The notes beneath the pieces were generated by a model. The model was not told where the DNA came from. It searched no databases and saw nothing but the letters and a program-made list of their open reading frames with translations. A stretch of DNA of 64,000 nucleotides from Octopus bimaculoides. Taxonomy: Eukaryota. A program made the translations under genes and the position numbers. Shown here one piece after another: positions 11,339-25,716 of this stretch; the first letter of the stretch is position 1, and each line of letters opens with the position of its first letter. The stretch covers positions 84,325,058 to 84,389,057 of the forward strand of contig NC_068985.1 of the NCBI RefSeq assembly GCF_001194135.2, written 5' to 3'.

Positions 11339-13139
11339 GCTAGATGCATAAGTTCATACCTACATATAAATGTACACGTGTGTATGTGTGTGTATATATA
11401 TTTATATATGTATACGTATACATATATGTATATATGTATGTGTGTATATATATACATATATATACACACACATATATATTGATAGATAGATAGATAGATA
11501 CACACATATAGATTGAGAGAAAGCTATATCTCTAAATATATAGATATCATTTGCATGCATGTATTGCAATAATGTTCTGCACATGCACACATGCATGCAA
11601 GCATGCAATCGTGCTTACTTACATAAATGCATACAAAACAATGCATGAGATCTATTTAGTCAGAGGGTCAAAAGGATTAAGCTTCCCAGCATATGATTTA
11701 TAGTTCCAAAGAAACAGATAGCATAAGTATACTTTCTCTTTCTTTTGTGCATGTAGGTGCAGATGTATGTATACATGCATGCATGCATCCATGCATGTAT
11801 ATATGTGAATGTATACACCTCTGTACATATGTATATTTATATATATAACTGTTCATTTATATATATATAAATACATGGATATATATATATATATATATAT
11901 AAAGTCAGTAAATAGTGGGGTTGTGTTAACCGCACATATATATTATATACAGATATTATATATACATACAAACACCACCCGCAAACTTATGCATGCTTAT
12001 GCATTTGCATGATAAGCTAATATACATATGAAATCATGTCTTTATGTTGTTAAGTACTGTAGATCTAAAGCAATCTCCAACAGGATTCTGACTGTAAACT
12101 CTTAGCTACCAAATATGCTCTTGACTTCAGCAAAATAATTGTCAATAATCTGAATACAATTCATAATCGTTCTACCTATCATTTATATCAGCCTGTGTCT
12201 TATCATTACTTTGACAACTTGCTTGTGTGTGCAATGTGAGTGTATATCTATCTATCTGTCTGTCTATCTATCTATCTATCTATCTAGCTAGCTATCTATC
12301 TATCTATATATATATATATATATATATATNNNNNNNNNNNNNNNNNNNNNNNNNNNNNNNNNNNNNNNNNNNNNNNNNNNNNNNNNNNNNNNNNNNNNNN
12401 NNNNNNNNNNNNNNNNNNNNNNNNNNNNNNNNNNNNNNNNNNNNNNNNNNNNNNNNNNNNNNNNNNNNNNNNNNNNNNNNNNNNNNNNNNNNNNNNNNNN
12501 NNNNNNNNNNNNNNNNNNNNNNNNNNNNNNNNNNNNNNNNNNNNNNNNNNNNNNNNNNNNNNNNNNNNNNNNNNNNNNNNNNNNNNNNNNNNNNNNNNNN
12601 NNNNNNNNNNNNNNNNNNNNNNNNNNNNNNNNNNNNNNNNNNNNNNNNNNNNNNNNNNNNNNNNNNNNNNNNNNNNNNNNNNNNNNNNNNNNNNNNNNNN
12701 NNNNNNNNNNNNNNNNNNNNNNNNNNNNNNNNNNNNNNNNNNNNNNNNNNNNNNNNNNNNNNNNNNNNNNNNNNNNNNNNNNNNNNNNNNNNNNNNNNNN
12801 NNNNNNNNNNNNNNNNNNNNNNNNNNNNNNNNNNNNNNNNNNTTCCATAAGTTTTGTCCGAATTTTGAATAAAGAAAACAAGTGATCAAATGTTATATTG
12901 AAATTTAATCATCAATGTACTTTCCCTGATTATCTTTGACTTTCTTCTATCTATTTACAAGCTTTTTAATCCCATCAATGTAAAACTCTTTTGGTTTCAA
13001 AGTGAAGAACTCTGAAATGTCAGTTTCGACCTCCTCGTGGCTTGCGAAAGTTATGTCCCCCAAATGATTCTGTAAACTACGAAACAAATGGTAGTCTGAA
13101 GGAGCAAGGTCGGGAGAATAAGGTTGATGAGGAATTTTT

Positions 13140-13985
13140 TCCTCATCACATGTGTGTGAATAGCCATGTTACATGGCAGTGAAACATGGGCTGTGACTGC
13201 TGAGGACATGCATATGTTTGCAAGAAATGAAGCCAGTATGCTCCACTGGATGTGTAATGCCAGTGTGAATACATGACAGAGTGTAAGTACCATAAGAGAA
13301 AAGTTGGACATAAGAAACATCAGATGTGGTGTGCAAGAGAGAGAGACGACTGCACTGATATGGTCATGTGTTGTATATGGATGAGGACAGCTGTGTGAAA
13401 AAGTGTTGCACCCTAGCAGTAGAGGGAACCTGTGGAAGAGGTAGACCTAGGAAGACCTGAGATGAGGTGGTGAAGTACGACCTTCAAACGTTGGGCCTTA
13501 CAGAGGCGATGACAAGTGACCAAGACCTTTGGAGATACACTGTGCTTCAGAAGACCCAGCAAGTCAAGTATGACTATAACCATGGCCTATGCCAGTGCAG
13601 TATAACTGGCCCATTTAAGAGCACCCTTCAATCATTGGGCAATAAACTGCGCTTGTGAAGACCTGTTGAGCAAAGTGAAATCATTGTTGTGGTCGATGCC
13701 AGTACTGCCTGACCGGTTCCATGCTGGTGGCACATAAAAAGCACCATTTGAGCATGGTCGTTACGAGTGCCACCTGACTGGCTCCCATGCTGGTGGCATG
13801 TAAGAAAACACCTACTACACTCTCAGAGTGGTTGGCGTTAGGAAGGGCATCCAACCGTAGAAACTTTGTCAGAGCAGATTGGAGCCTGGTGCAGCCTTCT
13901 GGCTTGATTGGCGGGGTGGAAACCAACCAAACCATCCAACCTATGCCAGCATGGAAGGCAGACATTAAACAATAATGATGATGAT
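13140..13985 (+). mobile_element. RTE LINE 3' portion with 3' UTR and (GAT)n tail
   Basis: AMLHGSETWAVTAEDM...GTCGRGRPRKT*DEVVKYDLQTLGLTEAMTSDQDLWRY, then a UTR ending gacattaaacaataatgatgatgat. Confidence 0.9.
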
Positions 13986-15009
13986 AATATATATATATGT
14001 CCCTGATATTCCTAAAAGTAAGGTGCCATGTAAAACACATGTGAAAAGTACCCAGTGCACTAAGTAAAATCGTTTGCATAAGGAAAGGCTTCCTTTTCAT
14101 TGATTTGAAGAGAGTAATTTACTGATAATTAAGTGGTGTCTTCAAACACCACTGACACCCTATACATATATGTATATATCATCATCATCATTATTTAATG
14201 TTCATATTTACATGTTTGCATGTGTTGGGCAGAATTTATTTAAAGTAGCGAAAGTGAGCTAGAATGTTAAAATTTAGCACACATGCACAACAGAGTTCAA
14301 AGTCAATCTGTGCCAAGCAGCATTATTCTGAGTGCTTTAGCTTTGTTACTTTGGCAACAGTCCGGATACTTATTGATCAGATTATGTATGTATCCATTCG
14401 TCATAGAATGGGCTTTCTCATATAGTTTTACCAAATTCCACACACAAAACATCACTTGGTCTATATCTCTAGTAGAACACAATTCTACAAAGTGCTATGC
14501 AGTGGGATTGAACCTGGTACTCTGTAGTCAGGAATCAAACTTCATGTGCCTGTGCTTATTAATCTTTTTAATTATTCAATTTCTTGTTTACTTCTTCATG
14601 TCACTGTTTTTATGTTTATTATTCATTTGTTTTTCTCCTGATCTTGGGGAAAAAACAAGTCTAAATTAAAACTGACAGATAACATGAAAATAAGAACAAT
14701 ATCTTGTCATAAATAAAATAGCAACACAAACAATAACAACTGTAATAAAATATAATACTTCTCTGTTCTTCCATAAATCTTCCTCATTTTTTGCTGTTTT
14801 CAATGCATTATTTAAAATCTATAAAGTGTAGAAGGTGGCAGAATTGCTAGAATGTCAGGAAAAAATGCTTTTTGAAGCTTAATTATATCAGTTGATATTC
14901 TAGGTTCAAAACCTGCTTTGTTCAACATTAACTTTCATCCTTTTAGATGTCATAAAATGAAATACAAAGTGATAATACCAGTCATATACTAGGGTCAATA
15001 TAGTCAACT

Positions 15010-15780
15010 ATGCTTTCATCCTAAAATTGGATATAGATTGCAAAGATTACCTTCCAAAGTAGCATAAGTAGTTTCAAATTACAGATTATATCTAGACCTG
15101 AAGATTTTTCTCAAAGCTGGAAAAGATAGGAGCTATTTCTTTAATTTCTGCTTTGATGATGGTCTATTAGCTTCAAACAACATCTTTACTTTGGGGTTAT
15201 TTGCAGTGCTGCTCAATCTACAAACATCAACTGATACATCTAGATGAGTCGGTGTAAATACCCACGTTATTTAACCTCCAAATGTTTTTAATTCAGATTT
15301 CTCTCCTTCTTTGAACTCATCATTTTCCCTTAGTGACCTCTTTTCTTTATTTCTCTTGGACTCATACATAATATGTATAAAATCTTAATCTAGCAATTTT
15401 TTTCTTGTGTTGATTAACATTCAGTTCTAAATACTCGAAAATTCCACTTTCATAGGTTCTTAACTTAAATTCCCTTTTTACTACTGTGATTGTATTCTTC
15501 CCAAACACAGAATATAAAATCATCCACATGCATTACCAGCAGGTCCATCAGTTTCCCACTTGCATCATACAAGTGAAATAAAGTATTGTCATTAATACCA
15601 GTCTTCCCAATTGGATCAGCACTTAAGTCACCTTCTTATTCCATGACAACGGTGCATCATTCAACCTACAGATGCATCTCTTCAGCTTCCACATTTGTGA
15701 TTCTAGACTTATATCTGAAGGTAGCTTTAGGAACACTTCTCTCTTCAAACTATCACCATTAAAATGCCCAGAGTCTGTGC
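15010..15780 (-). pseudogene. Decayed Ty1/copia-type reverse transcriptase and start of RNase H
   Basis: Manual translation across frameshifts: KREVFLKLP...MWKLKRCICRLNDAPLSW...LLVMHVDDFIF (HVDDF at 15516-15530)...FEYLELNVNQ...ITWVFTPTHLDVSVDVCRLSS. This follows the RVT_2 motif order. Confidence 0.8.
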
Positions 15781-15824
15781 TCACCAATTCATAACTAATA
15801 TTTTTAACATTACTAACCTTATTT

Positions 15825-16039
15825 TCTGCAATGGACCCCTTAAATTCCTATTTTACTCAGAAGGTGGGATCTTCATGATCATTCGATCCCTAAAAAACTA
15901 TTATATTTTTATGATTAAATATTATTAGGAACTGAACAAAAAAATGTTTAAATATTTTGTGTATTGTAGAAATATAACCAGTTTATTGCACATAAGCTTT
16001 AACAACAAAATCTTATATGGACCCATTTGAGGACCACTG
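15825..16039. mobile_element. Non-autonomous DNA transposon end (hAT/Charlie-like TIR)
   Basis: Ends ttgaggaccactg, resembling Charlie-type CAGTGGT... termini. Only one end is recognisable. Confidence 0.4.
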
Positions 16040-17402
16040 CTTTAAAATGTTGCAGTACATTGTTTGATGTTTTACAATTTTTTAATAATTTTTTAACTAA
16101 AGGAATCCACTAGTAACCTAAGAATGTGGTTTCCAGCTGCACAAATTTACCCAAAATCCAACAATACTTACTTTTAAAATCCAACACTATTCCACCGATT
16201 TTCCTAGCTCTAAGGCATAAAACGAAGAGACAGTTGTCAAAAATTGGTTTTGGTCTGTGGTTTAGTCAGTGAGGAAGAAGAAGTGCTATTTGTCTTTGTA
16301 GGTCAGGCAGGAAATACTGATGTCAGGCAGGAAATACTGATGTACTTGTTGTTCAGTTAACAACTAAAGTTGTTAGCCATCTGTCATACAAACATTACAT
16401 ACAAAAGGAATGAATTCTAGAAGGTTACAGCACAATGAGAAATGATAGGAAAGGTGTTGTTTGTTGTGGGATATTAACAAGCAGGTGGAGGCAGAAAGAA
16501 TAATGAAAAGGGAAGAGACAAGAGTGTCAGGTGGTTTGGGATGGAAACAGTGTAGTACCTTGTTGGCTTAAAAAAAGTCATTGTATGAGAAGTAGAAAAG
16601 ATATAAAATTCTCTGGGAATATTACATGTAAAAAGATTATTGTCTCACCCAGAGGCAGATTTATCTTATCTGTTTAATACCATAAAATGAGAGCAAAGTG
16701 TTGGGTTTTAAAATCCAGTTGAGTTTTAGGAGTATTCATATTATTTACATTTGTTTAAACCTGAATAAATGAATCTGTAAAGTTTGTTTACACCTCATGA
16801 ATTTTAAAATTATATTTGAAATGCCATTTCTGTATTTGGAGCTATCATAGTAAAAAAAAACAAATTGCCAAATAAACATCAGATTGAAATTGTTGAAATT
16901 GATGCCATTTTAAAGAATAACACCATTCAGCAGAGCTATTTCAGACCTTGTTAGTCTGCTTGGAGTCATTTTATAAAATTGCACATTAAATAAAAATCTT
17001 TAAATCTGTAGCTAAAAAATATAAAACTTTATTGGTCTGCTGGGTGCCGTTTGGTCAAGTGATGCTGCTAATCTTTAGAATAACCGAGAGAATCATTAGT
17101 TTTGCTGTGAGCAATTACTGTAACAGATTGCTGGTAAAACATTGTGTCACCAACGATCCACAGGAAATGTTGACCAGCTTTATGATAAAGAAAGATGGCT
17201 GGTGCTTTACATTTAGTTGACAATATTTTATATTATTTTACAAAATAAACTGAGAAATGATATTTGTTATTGCTAAGTCTATCTATCCAACCATCCATTC
17301 ATGTTTGTATGCGTGTACATATGTATCTATGTATCTATCATTTTAGCTATCTGTCTGTTAAACTATATCGATCTATGTACATAGTTTACAATTTGTGTAC
17401 AT

Positions 17403-17433
<31 letters not shown>

Positions 17434-18419
17434 CACATACATACATCAGCTCAGGCTATCAAGATATTAATATAGCTATGCATATATTTATTCATTTCTC
17501 TCTCCCTATATATGTATGGGGAGAGAGAAATTAACATATATATATATATACATACATACATACACATGCATACACACACATACAGAGAGAGAGTCATAGG
17601 AAGAAGAGGAAGTGATGCGTACAGATACATACATAAGTCATAAACAAATAGATAGATCATAAAGTGAAGGTAAAATAAAAACAAACACGGAAAGCAAAAG
17701 GAAGATTAGTAAAACAGACATTTATCACATTTCAATAGAATTTAGCCTAACCTTTCTGTCAANNNNNNNNNNNNNNNNNNNNNNNNNNNNNNNNNNNNNN
17801 NNNNNNNNNNNNNNNNNNNNNNNNNNNNNNNNNNNNNNNNNNNNNNNNNNNNNNNNNNNNNNNNNNNNNNNNNNNNNNNNNNNNNNNNNNNNNNNNNNNN
17901 NNNNNNNNNNNNNNNNNNNNNNNNNNNNNNNNNNNNNNNNNNNNNNNNNNNNNNNNNNNNNNNNNNNNNNNNNNNNNNNNNNNNNNNNNNNNNNNNNNNN
18001 NNNNNNNNNNNNNNNNNNNNNNNNNNNNNNNNNNNNNNNNNNNNNNNNNNNNNNNNNNNNNNNNNNNNNNNNNNNNNNNNNNNNNNNNNNNNNNNNNNNN
18101 NNNNNNNNNNNNNNNNNNNNNNNNNNNNNNNNNNNNNNNNNNNNNNNNNNNNNNNNNNNNNNNNNNNNNNNNNNNNNNNNNNNNNNNNNNNNNNNNNNNN
18201 NNNNNNNNNNNNNNNNNNNNNNNNNNNNNNNNNNNNNNNNNNNNNNNNNNNNNNNNNNNNNNNNNNNNNNNNNNNNNNNNNNNNNNNNNNNNNNNNNNNN
18301 NNNNNNNNNNNNNNNNNNNNNNNNNNNNNNNNNNNNNNNNNNNNNNNNNNNNNNNNNNNNNNNNNNNNNNNNNNNNNNNNNNNNNNNNNNNCATGTATAT
18401 ATATATATATATATACATA

Positions 18420-18453
<34 letters not shown>

Positions 18454-18909
18454 CATATATATACATATATGTATATATATATATATATGAATATATATAT
18501 ATTCTTTTTTTTTTTTCTAGTTCACCAAATCCAGATTTGCTTATGAATTTTATATTCATAAGCAAACCTGTTCATGCAGTTAGTATTTCTCTTTCATTTT
18601 TCCACACACTAAATGGTTTTTACATAAATTCTTGCCTCGACATCACCTCCCAACACTTAAGGATATCCCCCACGCCACTACCAACACACAACTTTTACAA
18701 ACGCAGGCATATGCACACAACAGGCATTACACTTATTACATTGACACCAATTATGTATGCACACATGTATACACACACACACACACACACACATATGTAT
18801 ATACACGCATATTATATTTTTGTCAATATGTTATACTATAGATCCAATATTTCCTTCTTAAAAAATGTAACAGATGTGTGCACCCATGTACAAACGTGTG
18901 TATATATAC

Positions 18910-18942
<33 letters not shown>

Positions 18943-18953
18943 CATATATATAT

Positions 18954-19037
<84 letters not shown>

Positions 19038-19156
19038 GTACACATATATGTATTGTATTTGATGGACTTGTTTTAATATTGTTTTAGTTGTTCATTATCT
19101 ATCATAGTTTCAATATATCATACAATATTGTATCTGTGAGTGTGTGCATCATATAT

Positions 19157-19201
<45 letters not shown>

Positions 19202-19337
19202 NNNNNNNNNNNNNNNNNNNNNNNNNNNNNNNNNNNNCATATATATGTGTGTGCGTATGTATGTGTATAACTATTTGTATATCTGTATGCATGTAAGTAT
19301 ACATATGTGTGTGTGTATGCTTGTGTTGTATATATAT

Positions 19338-19378
<41 letters not shown>

Positions 19379-20308
19379 TCTGTATTTTACTCCTTGTTTC
19401 TTTCCTTCTTCCAATCTTTGACTTGGTTTTATCTCTCTCACCCTCTCTCTATCTATCTATCTATCTGCCTTTTCCATTTACTCTTATTTTAGGGGTTTTG
19501 TTTGTTTTTTTTGTGCCGTCTCATTTTATTTTACTTATATTACCCTCTTTACTACAATACCAAAATATTAAATCTATGTTTTATATCTATCCACACACAC
19601 ATATACACGTGCACATACACACACATACTTGCCAATCTTCATCTCCCTTTCTCTCTCTCTCTCTCTCTCCTGCCCTCTTCGCCTCTCTGTCTATCTATCT
19701 ATCTATCCTCCCTCTTTTTTCTCTCGTGTTTAGTATGTGGTCTACCATAACCAATGTTCCACATCCTCTGTTTGTTTACATGAGTTCCTCTTGTTGTCCA
19801 CCTCTTTTTCACAAACATTATATTTGCAACGCCACCACCACCGTAACCCTCTCTCTTCTCTCACACTTTCATCAAACTATGTGATTATAATCAAAGTCCA
19901 GATATTAGTATCAATTTTTATCATGAATGCCATCATTTTTTCGTAGATAGATATCTATAGTTTTGCTTTATATGCACACTTACTCTCACACAAGCACACA
20001 CATATATATATATATATGAACTTAAGTGTACAATTATATAAGTGCATACACATATTTATGAATCTATTTCCTTTCTTTCATTTCATATGTTTGTGTATGT
20101 ATTTCCTCTATTATATGTATATATGCATTTATCATTACATACACTCACACAAACAGTGAGTGCATCATATTATTGTGTATGCATATATTTATTTTATATG
20201 TATGATATCATCCTAACTAGAGTCTGTATCCTATTAAATAGATATATTATATTTTATATATGTGTATATATATATATATAAATATATATATAAATAATGT
20301 TTGTGTGT

Positions 20309-20407
<99 letters not shown>

Positions 20408-20818
20408 CATATATATATATATGTATATGTATGTATGTATGTATATGTATGTATGTATGTATGCATGGCTATGTGAATTTATGAGAAGAGAGAAAAAAGG
20501 GGAAAAGATATGGACATTTGACTGTCTATGTTGGAGATTGAGCTTTATAAAATAGATTGAATATTTAATAACATATATATATTCAATATGATCAGAAGGC
20601 TTTTAGTCTTGTTCAGAATGGCGATCAGTCCATTAGTCCTATAAATTTTTGATGAGCCAATGATGTGTCATCTTTTGACAGAGATATTCAGGCAGAAAGT
20701 TATTTTAAACGGGGTACATAACCTTGCAGTTCCTGACACTTCATTCTTATTAAATCTATCATTAGTTAATGGTTTCATTATATATATATGTGTGTGTATA
20801 TATATATATATATATAAT

Positions 20819-20860
<42 letters not shown>

Positions 20861-21415
20861 TGTATAAATATACATATATTTTAAGTTAACCTTTCTAATT
20901 AACCTTTTATGCTTTTTTTTGTTGTGCATGCAGGGTTTTTTGTTTTGGTTTTTTTTTTGCATTATTGTATCAATTGTGATTTTATTTTTAATTAGATAGG
21001 AAAATTTACTCTCTTTTATTAAAAAGTTTTTTGGTTTTTTTGAGAAATTTGCTTTCAGATATGTATGCTTATGTATGTCTGCCCTTGATATAGTGCCCTT
21101 CTTTTCATATCAGTACCTTGGAATTTGCATTCTAATACTTTAACAGCTCTCTGAAAGATAGCAGAGGAAGAAAATGGTAAAGGTTAATGAGAAATGAAAA
21201 TTATGGGTTGACAAGAGAGCTCCTCCTGTATGACAGTCTTTTGATCTGACATAAGCATAGTTTTCACAGTATAGAGAGAGATCTTTATCAGAAAATCCAT
21301 TCTAGTATATCATCAATGTTGCAAAATTCCAGCGGTTTAGTGGGAGAATGCTTTCTTGCAGTGCAAGCAGTTTGGGTTCAGTTTCCAGTCATTGCATTGT
21401 CTATTTTATATAGGT

Positions 21416-21870
21416 ACAGACCTGGCTGTGTGATTAAAGTTGGCTTTGCAACCATGTGGTTCTTGTTTCAATCCCACAGCACCTTGAGCATGTATCTTAT
21501 AGGTTTAGGCCTGGCTGTGTGATTGAGAAGCTTGCTTTGCAACCATGTGGTTTTGGTTTCAATCTCACAGCCCAGCATGTTGGGCACACATCTGTTGTAG
21601 CTAGGGACTGACAAATGCCTAGTGGGTAGATTTGGAAGTTGGAAACTGTGTGAAACCACGTTGTGTGTATGTGTGTGTGTTTGTGTTAGATCCCACATAA
21701 CTTGACAAAAAGTGTTGCTTTGTTTATGTCCTCATAACTCAGCTGTTGATAAAAAGTAACTGATAGAATAAGTACCAAATTTTAAACAAATAAGAGAAGT
21801 ACTGGGGTTTTGTTCAACTAATATCCTTCAAGGTGGTGCCCTAACATGATCACAGATAAAAAGATAAAAG
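21416..21870 (+). mobile_element. SINE family A with duplicated head
   Basis: Two successive aggcctggctgtgtgatt...tttgcaaccatgtggtt heads (about 21416 and 21507), followed by the body and tail. Confidence 0.75.
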
Positions 21871-22498
21871 ATACACAATAGCTATGAAATTTAAGTACTG
21901 CACTACTGAATTGATAGATTTTAAGTTTAATTTTTTTTTTTCTTTTTCAATCTGCTTAGCTGCAGAATCTCGTACAATTTATTTGTAATTGAAGCATTAG
22001 TTCTGGAAAAGATGTAATATAGCATTATATTCTCTGACAATTGCTAGCATTGCAAAATGGTTCTATGTTAGTATAAAAGACAATTAGAATGTTATTAGTT
22101 TGTTATTACCAGGGATAGGTCTTCAAACATTGATGTCATTCTCTTCTCAATGTTTTAGTTTTGGGTTGCAAAGTGAGCTTCTTAATCACACAGCCATGCA
22201 TTTGCCAAACCATGTCTGGTCCTAATACTTGTTTTGTATGGAAGACTTTTTAAAATGCTGATAATGTACCATAACACTTTTTAATGTCTTATTCAGTGGT
22301 TTTGAGAATTGACAAAGGCAGCAAAGTTAGCAGAGAGGGTAGAGCATTGGACTGAATGCTTTGATGTAGTCATTCTGGCTAACTCTCTGTGCGCTAAATT
22401 CAAATTCCACTGAGTTCAGTTTTGCCTTCTATCCCCTTCAGGACCAAAAATAAAGTGCCACTCTATTACTGGAATCAATTCTTTTCTCTCCTCTCTCT

Positions 22499-22570
<72 letters not shown>

Positions 22571-22894
22571 ACACATGCATAGAATCACCTGTGTTCAGAC
22601 CATTTTAAAGCTATGCCAGCTTTAAAATGCCCATATGTCAAGATGACATCTCTCTGATTCCATTAAGTGTTGAGGACCCAAGGAAGAGTATTAATAAGAG
22701 CTGCTCAATAACATTAACACATATACAATTGATGGTAGAAGTTCAATATAATTCTACTCTCTTTCTATTTAGCTGACTAGCTGATTTCAAGAACTCAAGA
22801 CCTACTCACTTGATAGTATTCCATAGTCTAATTAATTTTGATTGGACAAGAAGACTGGATTTATAATGCTCATTTTAATCACAGAAATAGCTCA

Positions 22895-23245
22895 GTAGCT
22901 GTGTAGTTAAAGAGTTCACTTCACAGCCACATGTTTTAGGGTTCAGTTCTACTGAACAGCATGTTAGATAAGCATTTTCTGCTGCTATAGCACTGAGTCA
23001 ATCAATACCTTGTAAGTGAATTTGGTAGATAGAAACCTTGTGTGAGCCAAACGTATATGTGTTGTGTGTGTGGTGTGTGCCTGTGTGTGTGTGTGTGTCC
23101 TGCAACCCCTTGACAACCTGTACTGGTTTGTTTATGTCCCCATAGTTTAGCAATTTGGAAAAAAGAGACTGATAAAAGAAGTACCAGATGTAAAAATAAA
23201 GTAACGGGGTTGATTTGTTTGACTAACTCTTCAAAGCAGTACCCA
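22895..23245 (+). mobile_element. SINE family A, diverged
   Basis: gtagctgtgtagttaaagag...gggttcagttctactg...gaatttggtagatagaaac, then (GT)n, then gataaaagaagtacc. Confidence 0.75.
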
Positions 23246-23967
23246 TGATGCCAGGTCCTCCAAAACTGGTGTGAGATGAGGAAAAAGGTTTCTTAATACT
23301 GGAGACTCGACATAAATGCTTGCAACAAAATGAGCTCATCGAAAGGCATCAAAATTATCAGATGGTGCTATTAAACTGGGTCACAGATTAATTCTACCAG
23401 TAAGCAATGACAAGATTTGAAGTCAGAATGCAAAGAGCTGGAACAAATATCAGAAGGCATCTGTTCCAGCCTACTACTCAAATTTAGTATTTCTTATAGG
23501 TCTTCAATGCACAAAAGTCATTGACTTCAGTGAGATTTGAACTCAAAACACAGAGAGTTGGAACAAATAATTCTGACACTCTAATGACTCTGATAATTTC
23601 CTGCCTGAGGAATTGGAAGTGTCATTAGAGGAACTTTGTCAAGCATATTCCTTTCCCAAATTAATGACGATCTAGCTAGATGTAATATATGATTTCATGA
23701 ACTGCTGGCTTTACAATAATTAGAGATCAACTGCAAAGGCAGAATGGCCAGTGTTGACTACACATCACTTGTATTGTGGACTAATCTTTATGGAAATGGA
23801 AGAGAATGTCAAAGAAGATTTAATTGACTCTCCTTGATTTTATGTTTGGTAGAAAGGGGGGAAAAAAGCTTGAATAAATTAAACTCATATTTAGCAATGT
23901 TGAATTGATGTGCTATAAAAGAAAGCACTATTTTGCTTTTCTATTTATTTATTTTTTTTTTAATAAG

Positions 23968-24023
23968 ATCATACAAAAAGGCTGGTACAGTGCCTGCAGA
24001 ATGTTAGCAAACCTTAAAGATTG
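23968..24023 (+). CDS. Candidate 56-nt exon (IIQKGWYSACRMLANLKDx), unassigned
   Basis: Long T tract plus taataag acceptor (weak AAG), a single open frame (phase 0), and a strong donor TTG|gtaagt at 24024. Confidence 0.35.
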
Positions 24024-24408
24024 GTAAGTTTTTTGTGGTTGATAAGTCTTTAAAATCTGTAGGCCAATGTCTGCAGAGAAACTTTGAGAGAGAAAGAGAG
24101 AGGGAGAGAGTGAATTTCAGAGTTGTACTTCTAGAAATAAAGAGTAGGGCAAAATTAATGAATGATGTAAATTTTACCTGAATAGCTGTTATTGTGTTGC
24201 TGCTGCTACTGATAGTAGTAGTGGTAGTAGTAGTAGTAGTAGTAGCAGCAGTAGTAGTAGTAGTAGTAGTAGTAGTAGCGGCAGCAGCAGCAGCAGCAAC
24301 AGCAGTAGTAGTAGTAGTAGTAATTTGTTGTTGTTTAGCACCAGGTCAACACTGATTACACACATATATGATCAAAATGCATTTCCGTTGTGTAGCCATA
24401 CATTTTTT

Positions 24409-24818
24409 CTGTGTGGTAAGGAGCTTGCTTCTCAGCGACAGGGTTCTGGGTTCAGCCCCACTGCGTGGCACCTTGGGTAAGTGTCTTCTACTATAGCCTC
24501 AGGCCAACCAAAGCCTTGTGCATGGATTTGGTAGACAGAAACTGAAAGAAGCCTATCGTATATATGTGTGTGTGTGTATGTGTGTGTGTATTTGTGTGTG
24601 TGTGTGTGTCTTTGTATCTGTGTTTGTTCCCCACCATTGCTTAACAACCGATGTTAGTAGGTTTATACCCCTGTAACTTAGTGGTTTGGCAAAACAGACA
24701 AATAGAATAAGTACTAGACTTACAAAGAATAAGTCCTGAGATAAATTTCTTCAACTATTAAACCCTTTAAGGTGTTGCTCCAGTATGACTGCTGTCAAAT
24801 GACTGAAACAAGTAAAAA
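24409..24818 (+). mobile_element. SINE family A, full length
   Basis: Head, internal (TG)n and tail ctgaaacaagtaaaa all present. Confidence 0.9.
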
Positions 24819-25156
24819 CATAAAAAACAAAAACATATAAAGATTTATGTTACAAGTATTATTAGTAACATAAGTTCGATACAATCTGATATATGGTAAG
24901 GTTGCTGACTCCTCACAAGGCAAGCCTGTTGGGCTGCTAGAAATCCAGCAAGACAAAAACAATACCTGTCAAAAGGATAAGGTTATCTAGAGTTAACATA
25001 GCAATAGCACTGGAACTTAAAATTCTGATTTAGTGTCCAGCATGCTATAAGACCCTTGGGAGTGAGGTACCACTTAGATTTTGTTAAAATTTGTCTCTGT
25101 TTCGTTTTTGGATTTGGTTTGCAAGATTTTTTATGTGATTTCATGTGTTGAAGCAT

Positions 25157-25365
25157 ATTCTGTTGTGTCTGGGGAGAGTCATTTTCTTATTGTGCCTTAA
25201 AATTTAACACACTCACTGTTAAAATTTCCACTTATTTCTTATTTTTGCAAGACGCAATGAAAATTTTAGGAAAATAAAAATAAGAAATAAGTGGAAATTT
25301 TAATGGTGAGTGTGTTAAATTTTAAGGCACAATAAGAAAATGACTCTCCCCAGACACAACAGAAT
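25157..25365. repeat. Foldback inverted repeat, 90-bp arms, 29-nt spacer
   Basis: 25157-25246 is the reverse complement of 25276-25365 with 2 mismatches, both consistent with CpG decay. Confidence 0.95.
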
Positions 25366-25716
25366 TGTCTCTATGTATTAGCAGTTATATCAGTGGTATA
25401 ACTGGATGAGTTGTCTGGGCTTGAAAACCTTGGAAGACAACCAGACTAGGAGAAGGAGATTGTGAGTTCCTGAGAAAAAGCAAAGGCTAATGGACAGTCA
25501 TCAAGTCACAAAAGAACTCTGGTCCCACCAATCCTATTTATTCCAAACAGAGCTTGAAGACGCAATGAATGTCTGGAGACTTAGCTCTCTGCCATAATGA
25601 TGGGAATATTCATTTATTCATTCATATTTTGGACAACATAAGCCAGTGTTTTTCTTTGTCTTTATTGTTCTTAAAAAAAGATGATAGGGTGTGATCTGAA
25701 TAAAATTTTCTGCTAA

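Noticed and set aside
21150-22020. Further plus-strand exon candidates (30 nt before gtaaag near 21177; acceptor near 21959)
   Set aside because: Weak donors or acceptors and no consistent phase with neighbouring candidates.
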